Positions 40,753 through 52,205 of a DNA stretch of 64,000 nucleotides are shown one piece after another. Under the pieces are notes generated by a model that had not been told where the DNA came from, searched no databases, and worked only from the letters and a program-made list of their open reading frames with translations. Source of the DNA: Alphaproteobacteria bacterium. GTDB taxonomy: Bacteria > Pseudomonadota > Alphaproteobacteria > Micavibrionales > UBA2020. A program made the position numbers and the translations under genes. Location: NCBI GenBank assembly GCA_025934695.1, contig JAICWS010000002.1:770230-834229 (forward strand), given 5' to 3'. Numbering within the stretch: the first letter of the stretch is position 1; every line of letters starts with the position of its first letter.

Positions 40753-42090
40753 ATGAACAAGCCGCAGGAAAAGCCGGATGGCAACGTGGTCGACTTCAAC
40801 TCCCTTCGCAAGCCGCCGGAGATACGCCCGGCCGGGTTCCGCCCCTTCGCCGAATATCTGACCTTCCGCAACGCCGTCATGGCGCTGGCGCTCGCGACCT
40901 TCCTGATCTTCCTGGGCAGCGTCGCCTCGGCGCGCATCGCCTTCCTCTTCGCGGCGCTCCTGGGCCTTCTCGGCCTGCTGGTGCATGAAATGATGTCGCG
41001 CCGCAAGTGGGAGGCGGACCTTGTTTCCCAGCTGCAGCGCATGTCGGGCGATTACGAGCGCCTCGTGCGCGAAACCGCCCGCAACCGCAATGAATTGACC
41101 GTCCTCAAGCGCCAGCTCGCCGACGCAGGCGAGGCCGCGCGCAGCCACGGCAAGACGGGCGGCGGCGACCTGGAGCAGCGCATGGTCCGCACGCTGGCGG
41201 AGCAGCTCTCGAAGCTTGGCGACGCCCCGGAAGGGGCCGCGCCCGACCGTGCCATTTCGGCGGTCGAGGCCGGCGTCGTCGATGCGCATTCTCCGCTTAT
41301 GACGGCGACGCAGGAAACGGTCGGGCGGCTGGTGACCGACGAACAGGTGCTGGCCCTCGTGAATGCCGCGGTGCGGCAGGACCGCATCGACCTCTTCCTC
41401 CAGCCCATCGTCGCGCTGCCGCAGCGCAAACTGCGCTTTTTCGAGATGTTTTCGCGCATCCGCATCCGCGACGAAGTGTACCTTCCGGCCGAACGCTACA
41501 TCGAGGTCGCGATGCGCCAGGACCTCGTGCCCGCCATCGACAACCTGCTGCTGCTGCGCGGCCTCCAGCTGATCCGCGAGGTGCAGGACGACGCGGTGAG
41601 CGCCTTTTTCTGCAACATCACCAGCATTACCCTGAACGACCCGAAATTCATGGCCGATCTCGTCGAATTCATCGCGCAGAACCGCGGTCTCGCGCCCAGG
41701 CTCGTCTTCGAGCTGGGCCAGCGCGATCTTGCTTCCATGAGCCCCGACGTGCTGCCGATCCTCGAAGGCCTGTCGCGCCTGGGCTGCCGCTTCTCGATGG
41801 ACCAGGTGCGTTCGCTGTCCTTCGATTTCGAGCATATGGCCGTGCGGCACATCCGCTTCGTCAAGGCCGACGCGTCCATGGTGCTGAAGGAAATGAAAGA
41901 GCGTGGCGGCGCCGCGCGGCTCAAGCGCCTGAAAGCGGAAATGGACCGCAACGGCGTCGATTTCATCGTGACAAGGATAGAAACCGAGCGCGAGCTTGTC
42001 GAGCTTCTCGATCTCGGTATCGACTACGGGCAGGGCTTTTTGTTCGGCAGGCCCGCGCCGGAGCTGCTGCGCCGGCCGGAGAAGGCTTAA
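40753..42090 (+). CDS. Membrane-anchored coiled-coil protein with a degenerate EAL domain
   Basis: N-terminal TM helices, then a coiled coil. EAL-like core: QPIVALP...FFEMFSRIR, CNITS, FELGQ, MDQVRS (in place of DDFGTG), VKAD, TRIET (in place of AEGVE), GQGFLFGRP. Confidence 0.85.
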   Translation: MNKPQEKPDGNVVDFNSLRKPPEIRPAGFRPFAEYLTFRNAVMALALATFLIFLGSVASARIAFLFAALLGLLGLLVHEMMSRRKWEADLVSQLQRMSGDYERLVRETARNRNELTVLKRQLADAGEAARSHGKTGGGDLEQRMVRTLAEQLSKLGDAPEGAAPDRAISAVEAGVVDAHSPLMTATQETVGRLVTDEQVLALVNAAVRQDRIDLFLQPIVALPQRKLRFFEMFSRIRIRDEVYLPAERYIEVAMRQDLVPAIDNLLLLRGLQLIREVQDDAVSAFFCNITSITLNDPKFMADLVEFIAQNRGLAPRLVFELGQRDLASMSPDVLPILEGLSRLGCRFSMDQVRSLSFDFEHMAVRHIRFVKADASMVLKEMKERGGAARLKRLKAEMDRNGVDFIVTRIETERELVELLDLGIDYGQGFLFGRPAPELLRRPEKA

Positions 42091-42096
42091 GATCCC

Positions 42097-42951
42097 ATGC
42101 TTGCCGCCAACACCAACCTGCCCAAGCGCATCCGCGGCCTCGGCGATATCGCCGGCTTTTACGACGGGTTCATCCTCGACCTCTGGGGCGTCGTGCACGA
42201 CGGGGTGAAGCCTTTCGAGACGACGATCGAGACGCTCGAGGAACTCAAGCGCGCCAAGCGCATCGTCTGGCTGCTCTCCAACGCGCCCCGGCGCTCCTGG
42301 GTCGTGCGCGACAAGCTGACGGAAATGGGCATCGGCCAGGATCTCTATGACGGCGTGCTGACCTCGGGCGAGGCGACATGGATGGCGCTTAAGCAAAAAT
42401 ACCTCAAGCAATGGGGCACGCGCTGCTATCACTTGGGCCCGCGTGACAAGGACGCGACGCTGTACGAGGCGCTGATCATCGACATCGTTGACACGCCGGC
42501 GGAAGCCGACTTCGTCCTCAACAGCGGCGTCGAGGACTTCAACGACACGGCGGAAAAATACCAGCCGGTGTTGCAGGCCTGCTTCGAGCGCGGGCTGCCG
42601 ATGATCTGCGCCAATCCCGACCGCATCGTGCATGTCGAGGATAAGCTCGTCATTTGTCCCGGGACCTTCGCGGATACCTACGAGCAGATGGGCGGGCAGG
42701 TGATTTATTTCGGAAAACCGCACCGGGCCGTTTACAGCATCTGTCTGGAAAATATGGGCGTGCAGCGCGTGCTCGCGGTCGGCGACGGCATGCAGACCGA
42801 CATCGCGGGGGCGACGGGGGCCGGGCTCGACTCTGTTCTGGTCACGTCCGGCATCCACCGGCATGAAGTTGCGGACGAGAGTCGCTTGCAGGAACTTCTG
42901 CGCCGTTACCCCTATCGGCCAAGTTACCTCCTGCAGCGCTTTGAATGGTAA
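42097..42951 (+). CDS. HAD superfamily hydrolase, subfamily IIA
   Basis: Motif I FILDLWGVVHDG, SNAPR, C-terminal motif AVGDGMQTDIAGA. Confidence 0.88.
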   Translation: MLAANTNLPKRIRGLGDIAGFYDGFILDLWGVVHDGVKPFETTIETLEELKRAKRIVWLLSNAPRRSWVVRDKLTEMGIGQDLYDGVLTSGEATWMALKQKYLKQWGTRCYHLGPRDKDATLYEALIIDIVDTPAEADFVLNSGVEDFNDTAEKYQPVLQACFERGLPMICANPDRIVHVEDKLVICPGTFADTYEQMGGQVIYFGKPHRAVYSICLENMGVQRVLAVGDGMQTDIAGATGAGLDSVLVTSGIHRHEVADESRLQELLRRYPYRPSYLLQRFEW

Positions 42952-43019
42952 TATCCTGAATTCACCTTGAAAAACAAAGAATTAAGAATAGATAAAATTT
43001 TGCATAAATGTTCGTTAAT

Positions 43020-43048
43020 TTGACGGTTTTGGGAAACCGGCGTATCAT
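43020..43048 (+). promoter_or_regulatory. Candidate sigma-70-type promoter of the DotA/TraY-like gene
   Basis: TTGACG, 17-nt spacer, TATCAT, in the AT-rich spacer about 50 nt upstream of ATG 43101. Confidence 0.4.
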
Positions 43049-43100
43049 TAAAGAATAAGCCTGAAAAGGTGTGTGTGGCTTTATTTGTCGGGGTCCAATC

Positions 43101-46100
43101 ATGAGCGAATCCAATCAGAATAATAAATTCTCCGTTGGGGCATTCCTTTTCATGCCTCAATTTAAGTACAGTTTCAGGGCGGCGGCGCACCTGTATCCCG
43201 TGTTCATCCAGCTCATCGCGACCGTTTTCGCGGCGTCGGGCCTCCTACCCAAGAACCACGAGGCCATGCGCTTCGGTTCTTCGGACGTTACGAAGAAATA
43301 CACCTTCCGCGACCTCGTCGGGGAAGCCTGGTATCACCTCCGCCGCACCCGCGCGACCCCGCGGCAGTGGGCGATGTATTTCTCCGTCCTCCTGATGATT
43401 TTCTGCTTTGCAACCGCGATCATCGGCGTCACCGGCCGCGTCTTCCTGGGCATCGGCGTTTCTGCCCAGGCGCAGCTTTTCACTCTCGGCGCGTCCAACA
43501 CCTCGATTCAGAACGGCATGTCTTCCGCTTCGTCCCTCCTCTTCGACAAGCGCATGGACCAAAGCCAGATGGGCGGTATCGGTTATAACGACTGGGGCCT
43601 GTTCATGCTCGACAAGATCGTGCGTGAATCCGCGCAGACCCCGCAGGTCGGCGGTACTCTCCAGAACGCTTTCTCCGCGATCATCCTGACCTATAACACG
43701 GCGATCACCGTTGTGGCGGCCGTGATGATCTTCTGGATCATCCTCTCCGTCGTCGTGGACACGGCCAAGACCGGCGTCCTGGGCGGCGGGCGGCATAACA
43801 TGGTCTGGGCGCCGATCCGCATCGTGTTCGCGCTCGGCCTGATGATTCCGCTCGGCTCGGCCGGTTATTCTTCGGGCCAGTATTGCGTCATGAAGCTGGC
43901 GGAATGGGGCTCGAACCTCGGCACCAACGGGTGGAACGCCTATGTGGGCGCGCTCTCGGCCAACAACGACTTCCTGGCGCCCATCATGCCGGGCGGCTCG
44001 ACGAGTCTTGTCAACGCGATCGCCGAAATGCGCCTGTGCCAGGTGGCCTATAACTCTTATGTCGTCAAGGCGACCAACCCGCCGCCGGCGCGCCAGCTTG
44101 TCGGCGCACGCAACACCTGGTCGGCCGATGGCGGCACGCTGATGCATGCGCTGACGAACGGTAACGACGCGGCGCTGTGCGGCGCTCTCAATATCGCGGC
44201 GCCTGCCGGTAACGGCGACGCGCTGATGTCGGGCACGCTCAGCAGCTGGAGCTATTCGCCAGGCGGCATGGGCACGGTGCCTCCTCGTCCCAGTGACAAT
44301 ACGAATTCGTTCCTGACGTCGCTCACGACTGCCCTGGAAGACGCCACAATCGTCGGGCTGGCCCTCGTGAACCCGATGAGCCCGCTCGGTAAAGGCTCCT
44401 CGCCCTGGATGTCCGGTTATACATTCGGCAACCCCTTTACCGCGATGGCAGGTATCGCCAGCTTCCAGGCGGCCCAGGCAACGATGCGCCAGACGATCAT
44501 CGCGAATACCCTTGGCACGCTGACAGGCACGGTCGAACCGAACATGCTGAAGTTCGCCTGCGCCTATGCTGCGCACCATGTCGTCGGCGGCACGCCGATC
44601 GTGACGGCAGCGGTTGACGTTAACCCGGTCGCGTTCACCACCATGGGCAACCTGTGCACCGGCAACCCGGATACCGACTGCGGAGCGACAGCGCTTCCGC
44701 CGCCTCCGGGTCCGGCGACGGGCGCCTACGACCCGAACTACAGCTGCCACGGCGCATCCATCGCGGCGTTCAACACGAACCTGGGCGGCGCGCTGAACGG
44801 CGCCATGACGGCTCTCCTGAGCTGGCTGACCGGCGGTAACTTCAAGTCCGAGATGCTGCAGTACGGCTGGGCAAGCGCGGGCGCGTTCTACAACAAGGTC
44901 ACGTCCATGAACGCCTCGGCGCAGGCCATGGGGCAACCCACCATTACCTATACTCCGGGCAAGCTGGGCGCGGCGATGGCGGACTGCTACAGTTCCTATT
45001 CTTCCATCGGCGACTGCCATGGCACTCACATCGACTATGAAACCGCCATGGTCATGCAGGAATATACCCGTTGGTACGAAGAATATGCAGCCACGGCGGC
45101 AGGCGCCGCCGGTCTGGGCGACGGTACGGCCAGTATCGGCCAGCAGGCCGCTCAGGCGGACAAGCCCAACGGCATGAGCATGTGGAAAATTGGCCTTGCA
45201 CTGATCAAGGGCGGTTCATCCGCAGTCGCGTCTCTCATCGAGACGTCGGTCTTCGGTCCCGACTCTCGTAACCAGCTGCTGGTCAACCTGGTGGGCAGCG
45301 TGAACGACAACACGCTTCCGCTGGCCAACCTCGCCAAGATGGGCGTCGGCATGGTCATCATGGGCGGCTCCATCATCTTCGCCTGCTCGGTTCTGCAGGG
45401 CGCGTTGGGAGCGATCCCGCTCGCCGGCACGGCCATTGCGAACAGCGCGATCTTCGCTTTCGTGACGGCGACGGCTGCGACGCTGATTTCGTCGGGCATG
45501 ATGCTGACGTTCTTCACGCCGATCATGCCTTTCATCCGGTCTGCCTTCGCGACACTGACATGGATGGTCTCCATCTTCGAGGCCGTCTGCATGGTCCCGA
45601 TCGCGGCGCTGGCGCACCTGACGACGGAAGGCGAAGGCCTTGCCGCCGGCGCGCGCCAGTGCTGGGTGCTGTGGCTGAACGTGCTGGTCAGGCCTATACT
45701 ATATGTTATGGGCTTCGTGGGCGCGTTCATCGTGTTCAACGCCTGGGTCTGCTACTTCACCACGGCGTTCGCCGCGGCCGCCGCGTCTTCCCCGATCCAG
45801 GACAACATCATCCTGCGTATCATCGCCATGTTCTTCAACTCGACGGTGTATGTGGGCACGGTATGGGCGACGGCCAACTCCTGCTTCAAGATGGTCGACA
45901 TCATCCCGAACGCCCTGATGCGCTGGATGCCGGGCGGATCGGTCGACCATAGCTTCGACGACGGCGCCCAGGCGGCCCAGGGCTATGCGCAAAGCGCGGC
46001 TTCCACCATCAGCCGCGGCTACGGCGCGGTCGCTCAGGACACCGGCTATGGCATGGGCAAGGCGGCTGGCGCGGCGACGATGACCACGACGAAGGGCGCC

Positions 46101-46286
46101 GATGGCAGCACGACCACCTCGAACTTTGCCGGCAGCGTCACACAAGCCCAGGACGGCTCGTTCCAATCAGGTACGGGCATGGCCGGAGCGGCGGCTAAGT
46201 GGGGTAATTCCAAGCAGACGGCAAGCGGCGAGAATCCCAACACCGACCAATACAACAAAACCTTCGGTGGTGGCGGCACCGGCTAA
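43101..46286 (+). CDS. DotA/TraY family-like polytopic inner-membrane protein (type IVB secretion component homologue)
   Basis: Start placed at MSESNQNN; 1061 aa. The block TAKTGVLGGGRHNMVWAPIRIVFALGLMIPLGSAGYSSGQYCVMKLAEWGS, and the C-terminal block VSIFEAVCMVPIAALAHLTTEGEGL...LNVLVRPILYVMGF, match from memory the two most conserved DotA/TraY segments. A large Gly/Ala/Thr-rich periplasmic middle region and a size of about 1000 aa also fit. Confidence 0.72.
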   Translation: MSESNQNNKFSVGAFLFMPQFKYSFRAAAHLYPVFIQLIATVFAASGLLPKNHEAMRFGSSDVTKKYTFRDLVGEAWYHLRRTRATPRQWAMYFSVLLMIFCFATAIIGVTGRVFLGIGVSAQAQLFTLGASNTSIQNGMSSASSLLFDKRMDQSQMGGIGYNDWGLFMLDKIVRESAQTPQVGGTLQNAFSAIILTYNTAITVVAAVMIFWIILSVVVDTAKTGVLGGGRHNMVWAPIRIVFALGLMIPLGSAGYSSGQYCVMKLAEWGSNLGTNGWNAYVGALSANNDFLAPIMPGGSTSLVNAIAEMRLCQVAYNSYVVKATNPPPARQLVGARNTWSADGGTLMHALTNGNDAALCGALNIAAPAGNGDALMSGTLSSWSYSPGGMGTVPPRPSDNTNSFLTSLTTALEDATIVGLALVNPMSPLGKGSSPWMSGYTFGNPFTAMAGIASFQAAQATMRQTIIANTLGTLTGTVEPNMLKFACAYAAHHVVGGTPIVTAAVDVNPVAFTTMGNLCTGNPDTDCGATALPPPPGPATGAYDPNYSCHGASIAAFNTNLGGALNGAMTALLSWLTGGNFKSEMLQYGWASAGAFYNKVTSMNASAQAMGQPTITYTPGKLGAAMADCYSSYSSIGDCHGTHIDYETAMVMQEYTRWYEEYAATAAGAAGLGDGTASIGQQAAQADKPNGMSMWKIGLALIKGGSSAVASLIETSVFGPDSRNQLLVNLVGSVNDNTLPLANLAKMGVGMVIMGGSIIFACSVLQGALGAIPLAGTAIANSAIFAFVTATAATLISSGMMLTFFTPIMPFIRSAFATLTWMVSIFEAVCMVPIAALAHLTTEGEGLAAGARQCWVLWLNVLVRPILYVMGFVGAFIVFNAWVCYFTTAFAAAAASSPIQDNIILRIIAMFFNSTVYVGTVWATANSCFKMVDIIPNALMRWMPGGSVDHSFDDGAQAAQGYAQSAASTISRGYGAVAQDTGYGMGKAAGAATMTTTKGADGSTTTSNFAGSVTQAQDGSFQSGTGMAGAAAKWGNSKQTASGENPNTDQYNKTFGGGGTG

Positions 46287-46310
46287 TAACCATCGTATTT
46301 CCAAGATTAA

Positions 46311-46346
46311 ACCGCCGGGCCTCAAAACCCCGGCGGTTCTCATTTG
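46311..46346 (+). terminator. Hairpin terminator candidate after the DotA-like gene
   Basis: ACCGCCGGG-cctcaaaac-CCCGGCGGT forms a 9-bp stem. It is followed by the weak U-tract TCTCATTTGT. Confidence 0.55.
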
Positions 46347-46448
46347 TGGGTATTTCCACGTCATCTGCCGTCCCTTGCCACCCGAGAACCCCGCCGCTAT
46401 AGTGGGACCTTATTAATTTAAGCCACTGTATTCGCGGGAGTTTATAGA

Positions 46449-48299
46449 ATGCACATGCTGCGGCAGGCCGCCCTTGTCCTTGCGCTGACCCTGATCTCCT
46501 TCCTCGCCGCACAGGCGGAGGAGGCGCCCCAGCCCAAGCCTTCCATCGCGATGTACGGCGAAACGAAATACCAGCCCGGCTTTGCACACGTCGACTACGC
46601 GAACCCTGAGGCGCGGAAGGGCGGCGAGATGCATCTCGCCGAAGAAGGGACTTTTGATACGCTGAACCCCTTCGTGCTCAAGGGCTTGGCGGCGCCCGCT
46701 GTCGCCGGCATGCTGTTCCAGACCCTGACCACGGGCACCGAGGACGAACCGTTTTCCCGCTACGGCCTCGTCGCCGAGACGATCGAGATGCCCGAGGACC
46801 GCAGCTGGGTCGCCTTCAACCTGCGCAAGGAGGCGAAGTTCAACGACGGCACGCCGATCACCGCCGACGACGTCGTGTGGACTTTCAATACGCTCATGGA
46901 AAAGGGCCATCCGTTTTTCAAGGCCTATTATGCCAAGGTCGCCAAGGCCGAGGCGACCAGCCCATCGCGCGTCAAGTTCACCTTCAGCATGGCCAATAAC
47001 CGCGAGCTGCCCCTGATCATGGGCGAGCTGCCGGTCATGTCGAAGCATTACTGGGAAGGCAAGACCTTCGACGCCTCGACGCTGGAAGCGCCCTTGGGCA
47101 GCGGCCCTTACCGCGTTAAATCGGTCGACCAGGGCCGCCGCATCACCTTCGAGCGCGTGAAGGACTGGTGGGCGAAAGATCTGCCGATCGTGAAAGGGAT
47201 GTATAACTTCGACACTATCGTCATCGACATGTATCGCGACGAAACGGTGCTGTTCCAGGCCTTTTTCTCCGGCGAATACGATTTCCGCCAGGAAAACGTC
47301 GCCAAGAACTGGGCCGCCGAATATGACGAAAAGAAGCCCGTCAAGGAGGGGCTGATCAAGAAGGCGGAGATCAAGCACAGCCTGCCCACCGGCATGCAGG
47401 CTTTCGCCTACAACATCCGCAAGCCCGTATTCCAGGATCCGCGCGTGCGCGAAGCGCTGGGCTACGCCTTCGACTTCGAATGGTCGAACAAGCAGTTCGC
47501 CTACGGCACCTATGCGCGCACGCACAGCTATTTCGAGAATTCGGACATGGCAGCCACCGGCCTGCCCACCGGCAAGGAGCTCGAGATCCTGCAGCAGTAT
47601 AAGGGCAAGATCCCGGACGAGGTCTTCACCAAGGAATTCACGCTGCCCACGACCGACGGCAGCGGCAACGGCATCCGCGACAATCTGGCCAAGGCGAAGG
47701 AACTGCTGACGCAGGCCGGCTGGAAGATCGGTTCCAGCGGCGTGCTCGAAAAGGACGGTCAGCCCTTCAAGTTCGAAATCCTCATCGACAGTCCGGCATT
47801 CGAGCGCTGGATCCTGCCCTTCATCGGCAACCTGAAGAAACTGGGCGTCGTGGCCAACTTGCGCAACGTCGATACCGCGCAGTACCAGCACCGCATCGAG
47901 AACTTCGATTTCGACATGACGGTGCATTCCTTCGGCCAGTCGCTGTCGCCCGGCAACGAGCAGCGCGACTACTGGGGTTCTGACAAGGCCGATGTCCACG
48001 GCAGCCGCAACATCATCGGCATCAAAAACCCGGTCCTCGACGATCTCATCCAAAAGCTGGTCAGCGCGAAGGATCGTGAAGAACTCGTGGCCATCTGTCA
48101 CGCCATGGACCGCGTGCTACTGTGGAATTATTATGTGATCCCCCAATGGTATCATCCCGCCTGGTGGATCGCCTATTGGGACAAATTCGGCCGCCCCGAG
48201 ACTGCCCCCAAATACGGACTGGGCGTTCCCGAAACCTGGTGGTACGACGCCCAGAAGGCTGCTAAAATTGCGGAAAAAGCGCCGGAGAAAAAACAATAG
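46449..48299 (+). CDS. yejA: ABC transporter periplasmic substrate-binding protein, family 5 (YejA-like peptide/microcin C type)
   Basis: Signal peptide MHMLRQAALVLALTLISFLAAQA. About 600-aa SBP_bac_5 architecture. First gene of a yejABEF-ordered operon. Confidence 0.88.
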   Translation: MHMLRQAALVLALTLISFLAAQAEEAPQPKPSIAMYGETKYQPGFAHVDYANPEARKGGEMHLAEEGTFDTLNPFVLKGLAAPAVAGMLFQTLTTGTEDEPFSRYGLVAETIEMPEDRSWVAFNLRKEAKFNDGTPITADDVVWTFNTLMEKGHPFFKAYYAKVAKAEATSPSRVKFTFSMANNRELPLIMGELPVMSKHYWEGKTFDASTLEAPLGSGPYRVKSVDQGRRITFERVKDWWAKDLPIVKGMYNFDTIVIDMYRDETVLFQAFFSGEYDFRQENVAKNWAAEYDEKKPVKEGLIKKAEIKHSLPTGMQAFAYNIRKPVFQDPRVREALGYAFDFEWSNKQFAYGTYARTHSYFENSDMAATGLPTGKELEILQQYKGKIPDEVFTKEFTLPTTDGSGNGIRDNLAKAKELLTQAGWKIGSSGVLEKDGQPFKFEILIDSPAFERWILPFIGNLKKLGVVANLRNVDTAQYQHRIENFDFDMTVHSFGQSLSPGNEQRDYWGSDKADVHGSRNIIGIKNPVLDDLIQKLVSAKDREELVAICHAMDRVLLWNYYVIPQWYHPAWWIAYWDKFGRPETAPKYGLGVPETWWYDAQKAAKIAEKAPEKKQ

Positions 48300-48348
48300 C
48301 CCGAGCTTAAGGGCTTAAAGGCTTAAAGGCGCCCTTGGGGTTCGTTCA

Positions 48349-49467
48349 GTGGCCGCATATATCATCCGCCGCCTGCTGCTCATGATACCGACGCTGTTCG
48401 GCATCATCCTGATCAATTTTCTCATCATCCAGCTGGCCCCGGGCGGCCCGGTCGAGCAGATGATCGCCAAGCTGCAGGGGATGGATGTTTCCGCGACGCA
48501 GCGTTTTTCCGGCGGTGGCAGCGATACCAGCCTTTCCAGTCAGCAATCCCAGGCGGCGATGAACATGTCGAGTGGCGCGTCGAAATACCGCGGCGCGCAG
48601 GGCCTGCCGCCTGAATTCATCGCCAGTCTCGAAAAGCAGTTCGGCTTCGACAAGCCGCTGCACGAGCGCTTCTTCCTGATGCTGAAGAACTACCTGACGT
48701 TCGATTTCGGCAAGAGCTATTTCCAGGACAAAAAGGTGACCGACCTGCTGCTGGAAAAGATGCCGGTCTCGATCTCGCTCGGCCTGTGGGCGACACTGCT
48801 GATCTATATGATCTCCATTCCGCTCGGCATTGCGAAGGCGGTACGCGACGGATCGAAGTTCGATGTCTGGTCCAGCGTCGTCATTATCGTGGGGCATTCA
48901 ATCCCGCAGTTCCTCTTCGCCATTCTGCTCGTCATCGTCTTCGCGGGCGGCAAATACCTGAATATCTTCCCGCTGCGGGGCCTGACCTCCGACAACTGGC
49001 ACGAGATGGACTGGCCGCACCGCATCCTCGACTATTTCTGGCATATCACGTTGCCTGTCACCGCCAGCGTCATCACCGGCTTCGCGGGACTCACCATCCT
49101 GACCAAGAACTCCTTCCTCGAGGAGGTGAGCAAGCTCTACGTGCTGACCGCGCGGGCCAAAGGGCTGACCGAGCATAGAATCCTTTATGGACACGTGTTT
49201 CGCAATGCGATGCTGATCGTGATCTCGCAGATCCCGGGCAGCCTGCTCGGCATTTTCCTGACGGGATCGGTCCTGATCGAGGTGATCTTCTCCCTCGACG
49301 GCTTAGGATTGCTGGGTTACGAATCCACGCTCAACCGCGATTATCCCGTCATGTTCGCGACACTGTATATTTTCACCATCTTCGGGATGCTCATCACGCT
49401 GATCAGCGACCTGACCATGACCTGGGTTGACCCGCGCATCGACTTTCGCGCGCTGGAGGGCCGCTGA
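48349..49467 (+). CDS. yejB: ABC transporter permease (YejB-like)
   Basis: GTG start. N-terminal YIIRRLLLMIPTLFGIILINFLIIQLAPGGP. Binding-protein-dependent permease fold. Confidence 0.9.
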   Translation: MAAYIIRRLLLMIPTLFGIILINFLIIQLAPGGPVEQMIAKLQGMDVSATQRFSGGGSDTSLSSQQSQAAMNMSSGASKYRGAQGLPPEFIASLEKQFGFDKPLHERFFLMLKNYLTFDFGKSYFQDKKVTDLLLEKMPVSISLGLWATLLIYMISIPLGIAKAVRDGSKFDVWSSVVIIVGHSIPQFLFAILLVIVFAGGKYLNIFPLRGLTSDNWHEMDWPHRILDYFWHITLPVTASVITGFAGLTILTKNSFLEEVSKLYVLTARAKGLTEHRILYGHVFRNAMLIVISQIPGSLLGIFLTGSVLIEVIFSLDGLGLLGYESTLNRDYPVMFATLYIFTIFGMLITLISDLTMTWVDPRIDFRALEGR

Positions 49468-50495
49468 TGGCCCTGTCCTCCATCATGCAGCGGCGCATCC
49501 AGCAGTTCAGGCGCAACAAGCGCGCCTACTGGTCGCTGTGGATTTTCCTGTCGCTTTTCATCGTCAGCCTTTTCGCCGAAGTCGTCGCGAACGACAAGCC
49601 GCTCCTCGTGCATTACGCCGGTGGCTGGTATGTGCCGGCCATGAAAACCTATCCCGAGACCGCGTTCGGCGGCGAGTTCGAGACGGAAGCGGATTACCGC
49701 GACCCCGTCGTGCAGAAGCTGATCGACGCCAAGGGCTGGATGGTCTGGCCGCCCATCCATTATTCCTACCAGACCATCAATTATAACCTGACCGTTCCGG
49801 CACCCGCGCCGCCGTCGGCCGAGAACTGGCTCGGCACCGACGACCAGGGCAGGGACCTGCTGGCGCGGCTCATCTACGGCTTTCGCATCTCGGTCGTTTT
49901 CGGCCTGATCCTGACCGTCATCAGCAGCGCCATCGGCATCACGATCGGCGCCATCGCCGGATACCGCGGCGGGCTTTTCGACCTTTTGTCCCAGCGTTTC
50001 ATGGAAATATGGGACAGCATGCCGATGCTCTACATGCTGATGATCATGGCGAGCGTGATCACGCCGGGCTTCTTCTCGCTATTGGGGCTGATGCTGCTGT
50101 TCTCCTGGATGCGCCTCGTCGGCGTCGTGCGGGCGGAATTCCTCAAAGCCCGCAACCTCGATTATATCCGCGCCGCCAAGGCGCTTGGCCTCTCCACCCC
50201 CGCGATCATCTTCAAGCACGCGCTGCCCAACGCGATGGTGGCGACGGTGTCGATGATGCCTTTCGTGGTCTCGGCTTCGGTCACGACGCTCACCAGCCTC
50301 GACTTCCTCGGCTTCGGCATGCCGCCGGGATCGCCGTCGCTGGGCGACATCGTGCTGCAGGGCAAGAATAACCTGCAGGCGCCCTGGCTCGGCATCACGG
50401 CCTTCCTGTCGCTCGCCACCATGCTGTGCCTCTTCACCTTCATCGGCGAGGGCGTGCGCGACGCCTTCGATCCGCGCAAAATTTTCAGGGAGTGA
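49467..50495 (+). CDS. yejE: ABC transporter permease (YejE-like)
   Basis: The ATG overlaps the yejB stop (TGATG). Motifs WLGTDDQGRDLLARLIYG and the EAA-type loop YIRAAKALGLS. Confidence 0.9.
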   Translation: MALSSIMQRRIQQFRRNKRAYWSLWIFLSLFIVSLFAEVVANDKPLLVHYAGGWYVPAMKTYPETAFGGEFETEADYRDPVVQKLIDAKGWMVWPPIHYSYQTINYNLTVPAPAPPSAENWLGTDDQGRDLLARLIYGFRISVVFGLILTVISSAIGITIGAIAGYRGGLFDLLSQRFMEIWDSMPMLYMLMIMASVITPGFFSLLGLMLLFSWMRLVGVVRAEFLKARNLDYIRAAKALGLSTPAIIFKHALPNAMVATVSMMPFVVSASVTTLTSLDFLGFGMPPGSPSLGDIVLQGKNNLQAPWLGITAFLSLATMLCLFTFIGEGVRDAFDPRKIFRE

Positions 50496-50503
50496 GTTTC
50501 GAT

Positions 50504-52117
<1,614 letters not shown>

Positions 52118-52205
52118 CAACTTTAATTCTAAATTAAAATCTTCGATGCTATACTTAAATTATCCGGGGGACGCTAAGGAAGAATAAGAAAAGGATGCGG
52201 ACCCC

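Noticed and set aside
40477-42864. 795-aa minus-strand ORF; likewise 39783-41042 (-), 43245-45029 (-), 46413-48101 (-), 50966-51949 (-)
   Set aside because: All are antisense shadows of pyrD, the EAL gene, the HAD gene, the DotA-like gene, yejA and yejF. They have no motifs, biased Arg/Gly/Asp/His composition, and full overlap with well-supported genes.
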